DNA from: Raja brachyura
Lineage: Eukaryota
Assembly: GCA_963514005.1 (NCBI GenBank)
Contig: OY740804.1
Coordinates: 2,294,001 to 2,358,000 of the forward strand
Reading direction: 5' to 3'
Length of the DNA: 64,000 nt
The notes under the pieces: model-generated
What the model saw: the letters and a program-made list of their open reading frames with translations, nothing else
The model's database searches: none
What the model was told of the DNA's origin: nothing
Shown: piece by piece, positions 63,188 to 64,000 of the stretch
Layout of the letters: each line of letters opens with the position of its first letter
How positions within the stretch are numbered: position 1 is the first letter of the stretch
Translations under genes and position numbers: made by a program

Positions 63188-64000
63188 CAATAGACAATAG
63201 GTGCATGAGTAGGCCATTCGGCCCTTCGAACCAGCACTGCCATTCAATGTGATCATGGCTGATCATCCCCAATCAGTACCCCGTTCCTGCCTTCTCCCCA
63301 TATCCCCTGACTCTGCTATTTTTAAGAGCCCTATCTAGCTCTCTCTTGAAAGTGTCCAGAAAACCGGCCCCCACCGCCCTCTGAGGCAGAGAATGTCACA
63401 GACTCTCTGTGAGAAAAAGTATTTCCTCGTCTCTGTTCTAAATGGCTTACCACTTATTCTTAAACTGTGGCGCATGGTTCTGCACACCCCCAACATTGGT
63501 AACATATTTCGTGCCTCTAGCGTGTCCAAACCCTTAACAATCTTATATGTTTCAATAAGATCCTCTCTCATCTTTCTAAACTCCAGAGTGTACAAGGCCA
63601 GCTGTTCCATTCTCTCAGCATATGACAGTCCCGCCATCCCGGGAATTAACCTTGTAAACCTATGCTGTACTCCCTCAATAGCAAGAATGTCCTTCCTCAA
63701 ATTAGGGGACTAAAAATGCGCACAATTCTCCAGGTGTGGTCTCACTAGGGCCCTGTACAACTGCAGAAGGACCTCTTTGCTCCTATACTCGACTCCTCTT
63801 GTTATAAAGGCCAACATGCCATTCGCTTTCTTCACTGCTTGCTGTACCTGCATGCTTACTTTCATAGACTGATGAACAAGGACCACCAGATCCTGTTGTA
63901 CTTCCCCTTTTCCCAACTTGACACGATTTAGTAATCTGCCTTCATGTTTTTGATACCAAAGTGAATAACCTCACATTTATCCACATTAAACTTCATCTGC
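63188..64000 (-). mobile_element. CR1 LINE 3' fragment (runs off window)
   Basis: LYRALVRPHLENC, EDLIETYKIV and CR1 3' UTR. Confidence 0.85.

Overview
Eukaryotic, repeat-rich genomic DNA, most likely from a cartilaginous fish (skate/ray/shark), judged from the HE1/V-SINE-like SINEs, CR1 LINEs and DIRS elements. The left half is a GH18 chitinase (CHIA-like) cluster on the minus strand. It holds one complete 11-coding-exon gene (25809-36133, 469 aa, intact DxxDxDxE motif and CBM14), a near-identical partial duplicate (exons 2-4 at 977-2989, continuing off the left edge), and decayed exon 10/exon 11 remnants of a diverged paralogue. Interleaved with these are three copies of a gene I cannot assign to a known family (9527-10060 -, 13837-14346 +, 39087-39614 +). 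Each encodes a probably secreted single Ig V-type domain with an intronless CDS: a nearly invariant signal peptide plus RxxR-ending propeptide, then a hypervariable V domain. Each has a TATA box and a perfect ERSE motif (CCAAT-N9-CCACG) upstream. This family is the main candidate for an undescribed system. The right third is a nested stack: an ERV remnant containing a solo LTR and an old DIRS element, which itself contains two younger DIRS1-type retrotransposons. A decayed Gypsy element, a CR1 with an L1/Tx1 insert, hAT and Harbinger remnants, Penelope-type hairpins and tandem repeats fill the rest. All calls come from reading the sequence by hand; no database searches were run.
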